This document shows positions 47,435-57,891 of a stretch of 64,000 nt of DNA, piece by piece; position 1 is the first letter of the stretch; each line of letters begins with the position of its first letter. Under the pieces are notes generated by a model. That model was not told the origin of the DNA. It saw nothing but the letters and a program-made list of their open reading frames with translations, and made no database searches. The translations under genes were made by a program, and so were the position numbers. The stretch lies in NCBI GenBank assembly GCA_002416285.1, contig DICM01000020.1, positions 26,597-90,596 of the forward strand, written 5' to 3'. The DNA is from Bacillales bacterium UBA5026 (lineage in GTDB: Bacteria > Bacillota_I > Bacilli_A > RF39 > UBA660).

Positions 47435-48415
47435 TTAATTACTTTCTTTTTTAGATAATTCAAACGATTTTACCTTGTCATTTATTTGTTCATTAATAAA
47501 ACTATATACTGTATCCCAATATAAAACTGGATTTTTATAATAAGATTCGGCATGCTCAGCATTTTTTACAATTAATTTTTTCTTATATACTAAAGTAGAA
47601 TCATATAATTTCTCAATCATATAAGATGGAACAAAAGTATCTTGATCTCCCTGAATAAATAAAATTGGTGTTTGATTCTTATTTAATTGCTTGATAACAT
47701 TTACGTCTTTCAGAGAATATCCTGTCTTTAATTTCACAAAAACATCAAAAATATTTAATATTGGAAAAGGTGGTAATTTATATAACTTCTTTACTTGATA
47801 AGAAAATTCTTCATATGCGGAAGTATAACCACAATCAGCAATAATACACCTTACATTCTTAGGTAATTCTTCTCCAGATGCCATCATTGTTGAGGCTGCC
47901 CCCATTGAGATTCCATATAAGACAATATTTGAATTATCAATATGATCATTTAAATATTTAATCCAATTTAAAATATCAATTCTATCATACCAACCCAGTC
48001 CAATATAATCTCCCGAACTTTTTCCATGTCCTCTTGCTTCAATTGCTAACACGTTAAAATCATTTTCTATAAAATTTTTGATAACATGACTAAGTTGTTC
48101 TACATTGCCAAAATATCCATGTGATACAATAACCCAGTTTGAACTCTTGCTATCGCATTCCATTCTATATGCATGTAATTTTAAGTAGTCAAAGGATTCT
48201 ATATATACCTCCGTTTTGGGGTATTTCTTAAACCACTGAATCTCTTCATCATGATTTCTGGAAATAGAATCTGAAGATTGATTTTTATTAGCATCTAATA
48301 CAAATGATTTGTCAGTTCTAGAATTAATAGCTATATTATATAATTTATTCAATATGATATAACTAAATATCATAAATAAGAACATTACAATTATAATTCC
48401 TATTACTAAATCCAT
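47435..48415 (-). CDS. membrane-anchored alpha/beta hydrolase
   Basis: N-terminal TM. HGYFGN oxyanion region, nucleophile elbow GISMGA, and later D...H (QGDQDTFV, AEHAES). Confidence 0.75.
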   Translation of the reverse strand: MDLVIGIIIVMFLFMIFSYIILNKLYNIAINSRTDKSFVLDANKNQSSDSISRNHDEEIQWFKKYPKTEVYIESFDYLKLHAYRMECDSKSSNWVIVSHGYFGNVEQLSHVIKNFIENDFNVLAIEARGHGKSSGDYIGLGWYDRIDILNWIKYLNDHIDNSNIVLYGISMGAASTMMASGEELPKNVRCIIADCGYTSAYEEFSYQVKKLYKLPPFPILNIFDVFVKLKTGYSLKDVNVIKQLNKNQTPILFIQGDQDTFVPSYMIEKLYDSTLVYKKKLIVKNAEHAESYYKNPVLYWDTVYSFINEQINDKVKSFELSKKESN

Positions 48416-48587
48416 ACTTAATCGAGAATAATATCTCGATTCACCTCACTTTCAATTGTAGTATATTTAAATAAACTACTAAACCTAATTTTAATTGTAA
48501 CAAAGAGAAAACGTTTATCCAACCCTTATATACATTAAATTTACATATAATTAGAAAATTATTTACTACGTTGTATTATATTCCCTT

Positions 48588-48610
48588 AAAAAAAGAGTAT
48601 TAATTAATAC
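48588..48610 (-). terminator. probable intrinsic terminator after hybrid kinase 1
   Basis: GTATTAATTAATAC palindrome (48597-48610), followed by TCTTTTTTT on the minus strand. The stem is short and AT-rich. Confidence 0.45.
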
Positions 48611-48616
48611 CCCTAT

Positions 48617-50655
48617 TTATATATATCTTGTAACAATTTCTAATATCTTATTTACTTCTTGCATCAATACATTATAGTTTTGCTTGATATATTCATTATC
48701 ATTTTCTTTACTTGCAATCTCATGATTGAATGCAGTTTCTGCTAAAGTTTTAAATCCTAAATATTTAGAATCACTCTTTAAGGCGTGTACCTCAATTGCA
48801 TAGTTTGCCATATCACCAGTTTTCTTAAATGAAGTTAATTTGGCAATTCTCATATCGATTGCATCTAAGAAATCTTTCAAGGTATCATTATACATATTGA
48901 TATCTCCTAAAATCTGAATTCCTTGCGCAACATCAATTCCGTTTTCTTTTAAGTAATCAATATTCCCCTTCGTAACTACAGTAACTGGGGTTACAAATTC
49001 TGTTGTAGGCTCTTTTGCAGTATTGCTAGCCTCTTCTTTGTTCACTGTTTGATTGGTATCTACATTTTTATCTAAGAATAGATGAATAATGCGATCAAGT
49101 TCAAACTTATCGATTGGTTTAGAAATATATTCATCAAACCCCTCCCCTAAGTATTTTTCTCTTGATCCAGCAATCGCATTTGCTGTCAAAGCAATAATTG
49201 GTGTTTTAATTCCCATATCTTTTAATTTATGCATTGTTTCCGTACCTGTTGTTACTGGCATCATATCATCCATAAATATTAGGTCATAATTAGATCCAGA
49301 TTCTATTTTTTCAATACTTGACTCACCACTTAAAACTTCTTCAATCGTAAAGTTATATGGTTGTAAAAACTTAGAAGCAATTTTAATATTAATCCTATTA
49401 TCATCGACGATTAAGACTCTTTTTCTTGCATAATTTGAAAAACAAATTGTATTCTCTTTTGATATTGTTGGTTTTAAATATTTTGTCAAAACTTTGATCA
49501 ATTCTTCTTTTTCAATCGGCTTTGCCAAGTAATCCTCAAAACCTTCCTTCATGTAATGTTCTCTCATACCCGTGATAGCATTAGCGGTTAAAGCAATAAC
49601 CGGAATACTAAAACCGTCAATCTCCTTTAAATGTTTTAATGCTTCAACACCTTTCATAACAGGCATCATATCATCCATCAAAATGAGATCATAATGTTCA
49701 TGTTTCTTGATTCGTTCAATTGCTTCAACACCACTGTCTACTAAAACAGTATTTAGTTCATAACGTTTTAAAATCTTATCAGCAACTTTTAAATTTAATT
49801 TATTATCATCAACTATTAAAACTCTTGAATTAGAAAATTTTAAATTTTCTTCCTCTTCATTTATGACTCTTAATTCTTCTCCACCATGCAATTGAAGAAT
49901 TTTCTGTTTCAGATAAATGGTAAATTTAGACCCTTCACCATATACACTTTGTACAACTATCTTTCCACCCATCATTTCAGCAAGTGACTTGGTAATGGCA
50001 AGACCAAGGCCAGTTCCTTCTAACGTTGTATTTTTATCCTCATCTAATCGGTTAAACTTCGTAAATAAGCTATCAATTTTTTCTGGCTTAATTCCTCGAC
50101 CGGTATCTTCAATCGAGATAACAAGAGAACATTCATCATTCTCATTAATACAGTTTACAGTAAAAATAATTTTCCCTTTTTCAGTATATTTGACGGCATT
50201 GGTTAATATATTCGTTATAATTTGTTTAATTTTTCCCAGATCTCCATACATAACAGCTGGAATATCAGGAGCAAAAGAGGTAATAAATTCAATTGGTTTT
50301 TCTGCGAGTCTCGGTCCAATTAGTTTTGAAAGATTCTCTAAATTAGGGCGTAATTCATATTTCATATTAACGATTTCCATTTTATTTGCTTCAATCTTTG
50401 AAATATCTAGAATACCATTGACAATTTCCAACAAATTTTGCGAAGCCATGATAATATCGGCTGCATCCTTTTGGATTGCTTCCATCGAAGTTTCTGTTTT
50501 AATGCATTCCGAGAATCCCACAATTGCATTTAATGGAGTACGAATCTCGTGGGACATACTAGATAGGAACTCTGATTTTGCACGATTTGCCTTCTCTGCA
50601 TGTTCTTTTGCAAGCTCTAATTCTGAAAGCATTTTCATGTCCGGATTTTCTATGG
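48617..50655 (-). repeat. about 2.0-kb high-identity segment shared with 53511..55565
   Basis: The cytoplasmic parts of the two kinases (from [18 protein letters not shown] to the C-terminus) are nearly identical in protein and very similar in DNA. The membrane sensor parts (50656-51286 versus 55566-56210) are divergent. Confidence 0.85.
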
Positions 50656-51286
50656 TATGATACATCAGTACAACAATAAAACTTATTAGTGGTGACATTA
50701 ATAAATATTCCGGATTAGTCATTTGTAGATAAATAATCGGAGCTACCATAGTAATAAATGTAACGATTGGAATATTCTTTTTCTTTTTCATTTTTTTTAC
50801 ATCTCTAATGAGATAGGATATCCAAATTAGAATTACAATTCCAGCAACTAAATACAAAAAATTTGTATTAGCACCGTATGCATATATAATATTATCCTGT
50901 TTGTAATAATAAACAGGTAAAATGTAGTTTACTACGGTAGCAATAATATACATTATAGAGAAACACATTAGTTTCCGTTTGCCAATTAATGATAATTTTG
51001 AAGAATTCTCTGAAATAAACATATACGTTGACAATAGATATATAATAGTCAATAAATACGTATAGTAAAGCTTTAGCACAAACCATCTAACAATACTTGA
51101 ATCATCAATATACAAACTTGCATAAACTCCTATCAAATCCATTACTACACCAAATATAGCAAAAAGGAGAATATATTTATAGATTGTGGTTTCAAATGAA
51201 ACAATTTTCTTTTTTGAAAAATATAAAATAGCAATTAGTATAAGATAACACAAACTTGCAACCATTAATAATACATTTGCATTCAT
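48617..51286 (-). CDS. hybrid sensor histidine kinase: polytopic N-terminal sensor, HisKA, HATPase_c, two receiver domains, C-terminal Hpt
   Basis: About 6-7 TM helices. H-box [13 protein letters not shown] boxes ([20 protein letters not shown]). Two REC domains (LIVDDN...LILMDDMMP; LIVDDN...LIFMDDMMP). Hpt ([16 protein letters not shown]). Confidence 0.9.
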   Translation of the reverse strand: MNANVLLMVASLCYLILIAILYFSKKKIVSFETTIYKYILLFAIFGVVMDLIGVYASLYIDDSSIVRWFVLKLYYTYLLTIIYLLSTYMFISENSSKLSLIGKRKLMCFSIMYIIATVVNYILPVYYYKQDNIIYAYGANTNFLYLVAGIVILIWISYLIRDVKKMKKKKNIPIVTFITMVAPIIYLQMTNPEYLLMSPLISFIVVLMYHTIENPDMKMLSELELAKEHAEKANRAKSEFLSSMSHEIRTPLNAIVGFSECIKTETSMEAIQKDAADIIMASQNLLEIVNGILDISKIEANKMEIVNMKYELRPNLENLSKLIGPRLAEKPIEFITSFAPDIPAVMYGDLGKIKQIITNILTNAVKYTEKGKIIFTVNCINENDECSLVISIEDTGRGIKPEKIDSLFTKFNRLDEDKNTTLEGTGLGLAITKSLAEMMGGKIVVQSVYGEGSKFTIYLKQKILQLHGGEELRVINEEEENLKFSNSRVLIVDDNKLNLKVADKILKRYELNTVLVDSGVEAIERIKKHEHYDLILMDDMMPVMKGVEALKHLKEIDGFSIPVIALTANAITGMREHYMKEGFEDYLAKPIEKEELIKVLTKYLKPTISKENTICFSNYARKRVLIVDDNRINIKIASKFLQPYNFTIEEVLSGESSIEKIESGSNYDLIFMDDMMPVTTGTETMHKLKDMGIKTPIIALTANAIAGSREKYLGEGFDEYISKPIDKFELDRIIHLFLDKNVDTNQTVNKEEASNTAKEPTTEFVTPVTVVTKGNIDYLKENGIDVAQGIQILGDINMYNDTLKDFLDAIDMRIAKLTSFKKTGDMANYAIEVHALKSDSKYLGFKTLAETAFNHEIASKENDNEYIKQNYNVLMQEVNKILEIVTRYI

Positions 51287-51342
51287 AACATCCCTACCTT
51301 ACTAATAAGTATAACATGTATATTTATAATTGTGTAGCATAA

Positions 51343-51376
51343 ATAAAAAAAATAAGAATCATTAATGATTCTTATT
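51343..51376 (-). terminator. strong intrinsic terminator after HAD/acyltransferase gene 1
   Basis: 12-bp palindrome arms AATAAGAATCAT/ATGATTCTTATT (51351-51376), followed by TTTTTTTT on the minus strand. Confidence 0.9.
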
Positions 51377-51402
51377 AGCAAACTAGAATATGATAGAGTT
51401 TT

Positions 51403-52935
51403 TTATAAAGATCTTATATTTTGTGATAAAACCTTTACTTTATTAACACTTTCAGCATCATCTTTCTTTGTATTAATCTTTACTAATTCTTCTATTATAG
51501 TATTAATTCCGTTAATCGCATTATTAACAGAAGTAGTCCAACGTTGAGCAATTTCACTTGCTTTTAATCCTTCTGTATAAATAGGTTTTAAAAAGGCAAT
51601 GATAACTCTATTTGGAATATCAACTTCTTTTGGTACCCATACCATAGCGATTGGACGAACAACACCTTTTCCATCTTCAGCAATTTTAAAAGCTTGATTT
51701 GATTTCAAAGGTAATATATTTCCATTTTCATCTGGTTTTCGATTAATGGTTCCTTCTGGGTAAATAGCAGTTGCAGATCCTGCTGCCAAATAATCATTTA
51801 TATATTTAAAAGTTTGAAGATTAGTTATCATATAATCAGTGTCTTCTGGTCGTGCAATAGGAAGTGCTCCTGCTGATTTTACTAAGAAAGTAGTAGCATA
51901 AGTTCCAAGATTATTTCCTACTGTACCAAATATATTCTCATTATTTTCAAACATTCTTTTTAATGCAGCAAAATGTGTTGGATGTTTTAGCAGAGCCATA
52001 GTTATTAGTGGATCCTTTATATTTCTATGATTACTTACAAACACATCCGGTCCTTTTTCTTTTGGAATATTTTCTTCACCAATAATCAAAGGATTTAAAT
52101 CATATACTTTTGAATATATTTTCGCACTAACCCGAATTAATTTATAGAAATTTTCTGTATAAAATTTTTGATACATTTTTAAACTTTTAATTTTACGTTT
52201 GTTTTTTTCTTTTTGGGTTAATTCTCTTTTTGGTTTCTTTACAAGCTTATTCTTCTCAGCATTATTAACAACTGCCATTACAGATTCGTGTGTAAAAGGA
52301 ACTCTAACTACTCTTTCATTTTCAAATTCTTCTAAAACATTATGCAGTGTCTCTACACAAACAGGGATTGTATCAATATCACTTAAATCGTTTATTACCT
52401 CTATAGTATCTTCAAAAACAAAAGACGGTTTTAAATCTGCAATTATTTGTTTTTTATCCTCTACCTTTTCTACTAAAACCAGTTGTTTGTATTTAATATC
52501 ATTTAGTTTTAATTGTAGCTTTGTAAGTAAAGGAACAGCTACTTTTCTCAGAAAAACATCTTTTATTGTCTCTTCCTCTTTAGTTTTAATACCACGTAAA
52601 GAGACAAATGTTATTTTATATCCTCTACTAGTTAAATCATTTATAATGTTTGTCGCATCAGGACGTAAAGGTTGAAAATTATATTTGAGAAACATTTTAG
52701 CATTATATGAAGCAATTGCTTTTTTACATTTTAAAGTTAATTCTTCTTCACTAAGAGTACTATCCTTTGACTTAAAAAATTCATATAGTCCAAAAATTTC
52801 TGCGACATTTTTACCATTTGGATTTACAACTTTCGCATCCATTCCATATTTCTTTTTTAAATATGCTGGGGCTTCTTTTAAAATAAACCCAGTTTCATCA
52901 ATAATTGTATCATCAATATCAAAAACAATATTCAT
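51403..52935 (-). CDS. fusion protein: N-terminal HAD-like hydrolase + C-terminal PlsC/LPLAT-type acyltransferase
   Basis: HAD motif I FDIDDTIID. Acyltransferase H(x)4D box VSNHRNIKD and IYPEGTINR box. GAGGGGGA RBS. Confidence 0.8.
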   Translation of the reverse strand: MNIVFDIDDTIIDETGFILKEAPAYLKKKYGMDAKVVNPNGKNVAEIFGLYEFFKSKDSTLSEEELTLKCKKAIASYNAKMFLKYNFQPLRPDATNIINDLTSRGYKITFVSLRGIKTKEEETIKDVFLRKVAVPLLTKLQLKLNDIKYKQLVLVEKVEDKKQIIADLKPSFVFEDTIEVINDLSDIDTIPVCVETLHNVLEEFENERVVRVPFTHESVMAVVNNAEKNKLVKKPKRELTQKEKNKRKIKSLKMYQKFYTENFYKLIRVSAKIYSKVYDLNPLIIGEENIPKEKGPDVFVSNHRNIKDPLITMALLKHPTHFAALKRMFENNENIFGTVGNNLGTYATTFLVKSAGALPIARPEDTDYMITNLQTFKYINDYLAAGSATAIYPEGTINRKPDENGNILPLKSNQAFKIAEDGKGVVRPIAMVWVPKEVDIPNRVIIAFLKPIYTEGLKASEIAQRWTTSVNNAINGINTIIEELVKINTKKDDAESVNKVKVLSQNIRSL

Positions 52936-52961
52936 AATCTTCCCCCTCTTTTATGGCTTGT

Positions 52962-52989
52962 ATTATACACATAAATTTTATTTTGTCAA
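52962..52989 (-). promoter_or_regulatory. sigma-A type promoter (conserved block A, copy 1)
   Basis: Minus strand reads TTGACA (52984-52989)-16 nt-TATAAT (52962-52967). An identical arrangement is at 59769-59796. Confidence 0.75.
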
Positions 52990-53188
52990 ATTTTACCATT
53001 ATTTTTCTAAAAAGTCTTAAAAATAATTGATTTATATAAAAAAGTAAAGAACTTCATAAACTCTTTCGATGGGTTTGGTGAACACTTTTAACAAGTATTT
53101 GTTATAAGAAGAAGCTAAAATTTATAATAGTCTTATCTATTGTAATTATAACACAAACTTTCTTTAAAAGACTAGTTTAAAGAAAAAA

Positions 53189-53389
53189 TTAAAGAAAAAA
53201 AGAGTTTTTATACTCTTTTGGTAAATATTGTGTAAAATAATTTAATGAATAAGTATTCTCTCTTATATTTAAAGCAAATGTCAATTCATGGTACTCATAA
53301 AGAATTTCTGTAACAACACTTTCTATATGATTAAAATGTATAATATTTACCAAAATTATAAATAAAGTAATAAATAATATATCAACCAT
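53189..53389 (-). CDS. doubtful small membrane ORF (66 aa from ATG 53389)
   Basis: AAGGGGAG RBS and one TM (MVDILFITLFIILVNII). However, its last 17 or so codons read through a sequence block, including a terminator hairpin, that is non-coding in the paralogous copy at 59975-60016. Confidence 0.3.
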   Translation of the reverse strand: MVDILFITLFIILVNIIHFNHIESVVTEILYEYHELTFALNIRENTYSLNYFTQYLPKEYKNSFFL

Positions 53390-53510
53390 AATTCTCCCCT
53401 TAGAAATTTGTTTCTGATAATATATCAAAATTCCTAGTTTGGCAAGAAAAGGTGATAAAAATTGGTATTTATTTTAATAAAAAAAGGACATAAAAGTCCT
53501 CTTTATACAA

Positions 53511-56210
53511 CTAAATATATCTTGTAACAATTTCTAATACGTTATTTACTTCTTGCATCAATACATGATAATTTTGTTTGATATATTCAATGTCATTTTC
53601 TTTACTTGCAATTTCATGATTAAACGCTGTTTCTGCTAAAGTTTTAAAGCCTAAATATTTAGCATCACTCTTTAATGCATGTACCTCGATTGCATAGTTG
53701 GCCATATCACCAGTTTTTCTAAATGATGTTAACTTAGCAATTCTCATATCAATCGCTGCTAAAAATTCTTTTAAAGTATCATTGTACATATTAATATCAC
53801 CCAGAATTTGTATACCTTGTCTGATATCAATTCCATTTTCTTTTAAATAATCTACATTCCCCTTCGTAACTACAGTAATTGGAGTTACAAATCCTGTTGT
53901 AGATTCTTTTACAGTTTTGCTTGGCTCTTCTTTTGTTACTGTTTGATTGGTATCTACATTTTTATCCAAGAATAAATGAATAATACGATCAAGTTCAAAC
54001 TTGTCGATTGGTTTAGAAATGTATTCATCAAAACCTTCTCCTAAGTATTTTTCTCTTGATCCAGCAATGGCATTTGCTGTTAAAGCAATAATTGGTGTTT
54101 TTATTCCTATATCTTTTAACTTATGCATTGTTTCTGTACCAGTTGTTACAGGCATCATATCATCCATGAATATTAGGTCATAATTAGATCCAGATTCTAT
54201 TTTTTCAATACTCGCCTCCCCACTTAAAACTTCTTCGATGATAAAGTTATATGGTTGTAAAAAATTAGAAGCAATCTTGATATTAATTTTGTTATCATCT
54301 ACCACTAAAACCTTATGACCAGAGTAATCGGAAAAATTAATCTCGACATTTTTTGCATCCTCTGCACTAGAAGTTGGTTTTAAATATTTCTTTAGCACTT
54401 TAATTAATTCTTCTTTTTCAATTGGTTTTGCTAAATAATCCTCAAAGCCTGCTTTCATATAATGTTCTCTCATACCTGTAATAGCATTAGCCGTTAGTGC
54501 AATAACGGGAATATTAAAGCCATTAATTTCTTTTAACCGTTGTAATGCTTCAACACCTTTCATGATAGGCATCATATCATCCATCAAAATCAAATCATAG
54601 CGTTCATTTCTTTTAATTCGCTCAATTGCTTCAATTCCACTGTCTACTAGAACAGTATTCAATTCATAACGTTTTAAAATCTTATCAGCTACTTTTAAGT
54701 TAAGTTTATTATCATCTACTATTAAGACTCTTGAACTTGAAAATTTTAAATTTTCTTCCTCATCAGTTATGGTTCTTAATTCTTCTCCACCATGTAATTG
54801 AAGAATCTTTTGTTTTAGATAAACGGTAAATTTAGAGCCTTGTCCATAGACACTTTGGACAACAATCTTACCACCCATCATTTCTGCTAAAGATTTTGTA
54901 ATAGCCAATCCTAATCCAGTACCCTCTAACGTTGTATTTCGATCCTCATCTAAACGATTAAACTTTGTAAAAAGACTATCAATTTTTTCAGGTTTGATAC
55001 CACGTCCTGTATCTTCAATCGAGATAACAAGAGAGCACTCATCATTTTCATTGATACAATTTACAGAAAAAATAATTTTTCCCTTTTCGGTATATTTTAC
55101 TGCATTAGTTAATATATTGGTGATGATTTGTTTAATTTTACCCAAATCCCCATACATAACTGCCGGAATATCAGGAGCAAAAGACGTAATAAACTCAATT
55201 GGTTTCTCTGCAAGTCTAGGTCCAATTAATTTTGAAAGATTTTCTAAATTAGGAAGTAACTCATATTTCATGTTAACAATTTCCATTTTGTTTGCTTCAA
55301 TCTTTGAAATATCTAGAATACCATTAACAATTTCCAGCAAATTTTGCGAAGCCATTATAATATCTTCCGCATCTTTGCGTACAGCCTGCATAGAGGCTTC
55401 CGTTTTAATACATTCTGAAAATCCTACAATAGCATTTAATGGGGTACGTATTTCATGAGACATACTAGATAGGAACTCTGATTTAGCACGATTGGCTTTT
55501 TCTGCATGTTCTTTTGCTAATTCTAATTCTGAAAGCATTTTCATATCTGGATTTTCAATTGTAAAATACATTAAAAAAGTGATAAAGGTTTCCATAGATG
55601 TCATTAATAAAATTCCGGGATTAATCTTTTGAATCGCAATAACTATTATTCCTATAATCATGTAAGCAAAAATAGGAACACATTTTATTCTTTTAATATT
55701 TTGAAAATTTCTTACCATAACAATAATCCAAGAAAGAATACATAAACCACTAACCAAATACAATACGTTCGAGCTAGGACCATAGGAATATACTATATTA
55801 TTTTCATGAAAATAATATAGCGGAAGCACCATAATTAAAATCAAAACAATCAAATATAATATCACAAAAATAATATGCTTAGATAAATATTTCAATACTG
55901 ATTCATTCACATCATAATTTTCTTTTTTCTTTGATATTATAAAAATATAAATTGTAATAGTAAATATCCATGTCAATAAATATAACAAATATAATTTAGT
56001 AACAATAAAATTTAATATTGGATATTGTTCCATATGAATAATAGTAAAAATACTGGATATATCTAAAATCAAGCCAAATGCATTTGTAATCATCAAAATT
56101 CTATAAATTTTATTTTCTAACAAATTTAATCTTTTTTTAAAGAAAAAAACACAGATAAGTAAAACAATATAAAACAAACTACAAATTTGAAAATATACAC
56201 TACTAAACAT
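53511..56210 (-). CDS. hybrid sensor histidine kinase, paralog of 48617..51286 with a different membrane sensor domain
   Basis: Same HisKA-HATPase-REC-REC-Hpt layout and near-identical cytoplasmic sequence. The N-terminal 220 aa or so (6-7 TM) show only weak similarity to the paralog. Confidence 0.9.
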   Translation of the reverse strand: MFSSVYFQICSLFYIVLLICVFFFKKRLNLLENKIYRILMITNAFGLILDISSIFTIIHMEQYPILNFIVTKLYLLYLLTWIFTITIYIFIISKKKENYDVNESVLKYLSKHIIFVILYLIVLILIMVLPLYYFHENNIVYSYGPSSNVLYLVSGLCILSWIIVMVRNFQNIKRIKCVPIFAYMIIGIIVIAIQKINPGILLMTSMETFITFLMYFTIENPDMKMLSELELAKEHAEKANRAKSEFLSSMSHEIRTPLNAIVGFSECIKTEASMQAVRKDAEDIIMASQNLLEIVNGILDISKIEANKMEIVNMKYELLPNLENLSKLIGPRLAEKPIEFITSFAPDIPAVMYGDLGKIKQIITNILTNAVKYTEKGKIIFSVNCINENDECSLVISIEDTGRGIKPEKIDSLFTKFNRLDEDRNTTLEGTGLGLAITKSLAEMMGGKIVVQSVYGQGSKFTVYLKQKILQLHGGEELRTITDEEENLKFSSSRVLIVDDNKLNLKVADKILKRYELNTVLVDSGIEAIERIKRNERYDLILMDDMMPIMKGVEALQRLKEINGFNIPVIALTANAITGMREHYMKAGFEDYLAKPIEKEELIKVLKKYLKPTSSAEDAKNVEINFSDYSGHKVLVVDDNKINIKIASNFLQPYNFIIEEVLSGEASIEKIESGSNYDLIFMDDMMPVTTGTETMHKLKDIGIKTPIIALTANAIAGSREKYLGEGFDEYISKPIDKFELDRIIHLFLDKNVDTNQTVTKEEPSKTVKESTTGFVTPITVVTKGNVDYLKENGIDIRQGIQILGDINMYNDTLKEFLAAIDMRIAKLTSFRKTGDMANYAIEVHALKSDAKYLGFKTLAETAFNHEIASKENDIEYIKQNYHVLMQEVNNVLEIVTRYI

Positions 56211-56324
56211 ACCAACATCTCCATTCTTTACTATTAATAGTATAACATAAAAAAAAGAACTATCAAACGATAATTCTTATAATATTGATGATTTTATAAG
56301 TTAACGAGTATTGTGCACTATATA

Positions 56325-57863
56325 TTAATGCATATTTCTATTCTGTTTAACTAAACTTAAGATTTTTGTTCTTAATTGTAATTCCGCTTCTTCAAAAGAC
56401 AATTTACTAGTATCAATCGGTTCATCATATCTAACAGTTAAATCCTTACTATTTTTCTCATAACTACCGGTTACTGCAAATGGAACAATTAAGGAATTCT
56501 TTTTTTTTGACATTGATACTGCTCCATGTTTAAATGGCAATAACAGTGAATCATAATATTCTTCTTCTGTAAGAGTACCATTAATTAATAATTTTATTAA
56601 ACAATCTCCCTTAGAATTTAATAATAATTCAAGAAATGTATATTCATCTACTCTGTTGCTTTTTAATAATTGTTGTAAAACTTGAACTTGTGATAATAAT
56701 AAAGATTGACTTGTAATGTTTTCAATAAACTGTTCTTTTAAAATATTAAAATGAAGTTCACTTGTTATAAATTTGTGCAATTGTTCTATATACTCTCTCT
56801 TCAAATGATTTCTAGTTCCTTCTGCAAATAGCCCTACTGCACTCCCAACATCTAAATAATTTTCTGCTACTAATTTTGACTGACTTGGATCTCCAAATCT
56901 ATCCACACTGATTGCTCCAGTATGTCTAAAAAAGGATCCAAGTTTACCATCAAAGTATTCTTTTTTAGCCATCCAATGCGTTGTTCTTTTTGTTGAACAA
57001 ATAACAGGAAATTGATCTAATACGTGTAAATGATTTCCACATAAAATGACTGGTCCATCCTTCGGTATAAATTCTCTATCAATAATCGTTGGATTATAAT
57101 AATTTTGAAAACATGGACTTCCAATTGCCCTTACAATACCATATTGAATTTTAAATTGATCTCTTTTGAACGGAATGTAATCCACATTCTTTACTTCTTT
57201 ATTTAAATTGTCCTCATTAGAAGAATTATCTTGTGATAAAGATGTCTCCTGTCTTAATAGTTCAATTTTACTAGTAAAATCAGACATCTCTTGACCATTA
57301 TTCGCCATATAAATATTGCTATTATATTTTACATCTTCATTTGTTGGATTCTTTTTACCAATCACTGGGCAGAAACTACTAATTTCTTCAATATTTTCTT
57401 TTTTATCTTCTATCATTATATCAATGTTAAGACTTTTACAAACTTCTAATTTTTCAGATGCATTATTAGACTCTGAAACATACTTAATCTCATGATATTT
57501 AACACCATATTCTTTCAGACTATTTTCTAATAGTTTTCTAAATATATATCCCAACAAACTTTTTTCAGTTGTATGTGCATGCCCTGTTATAATATATATT
57601 TTCTTGCCTTCATCATATTGTTGATTTATATATTCAATAACATCTTCGTCTAAAGGTAACTTCTCATATTTTAAAATATTTTTAAGCCAAAATTTGCCTT
57701 GTTGCTTCTTTGTACAAGCGAACATATCTTTTATTTCAAATCCCTTTTCGTTTACAACTGCATCCTCTCCAAAATATTGTTTTCCCTGCTTTAATTGAAA
57801 TCCATAGATATCTTTTAAAACACCATCAAAATCTACTCCAACATTCTTAATACTTTTATTCAT
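56325..57863 (-). CDS. fusion protein: N-terminal HAD-like hydrolase + C-terminal PlsC/LPLAT-type acyltransferase (distant paralog of 51403..52935)
   Basis: HAD motif I VDFDGVLKD. H(x)4D box CGNHLHVLD and FAEGTRNH box. Confidence 0.75.
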   Translation of the reverse strand: MNKSIKNVGVDFDGVLKDIYGFQLKQGKQYFGEDAVVNEKGFEIKDMFACTKKQQGKFWLKNILKYEKLPLDEDVIEYINQQYDEGKKIYIITGHAHTTEKSLLGYIFRKLLENSLKEYGVKYHEIKYVSESNNASEKLEVCKSLNIDIMIEDKKENIEEISSFCPVIGKKNPTNEDVKYNSNIYMANNGQEMSDFTSKIELLRQETSLSQDNSSNEDNLNKEVKNVDYIPFKRDQFKIQYGIVRAIGSPCFQNYYNPTIIDREFIPKDGPVILCGNHLHVLDQFPVICSTKRTTHWMAKKEYFDGKLGSFFRHTGAISVDRFGDPSQSKLVAENYLDVGSAVGLFAEGTRNHLKREYIEQLHKFITSELHFNILKEQFIENITSQSLLLSQVQVLQQLLKSNRVDEYTFLELLLNSKGDCLIKLLINGTLTEEEYYDSLLLPFKHGAVSMSKKKNSLIVPFAVTGSYEKNSKDLTVRYDEPIDTSKLSFEEAELQLRTKILSLVKQNRNMH

Positions 57864-57891
57864 AATATCATTTCCCCCTCTTTTATAGTAT

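Noticed and set aside
50892-51086. 64-aa alternative-frame ORF within the sensor domain of hybrid kinase 1, and similar small ORFs (12275-12484, 13938-14141, 26008-26259, 61485-61685).
   Set aside because: They are same-strand or out-of-frame overlaps with supported genes or promoter regions, with no independent signals.
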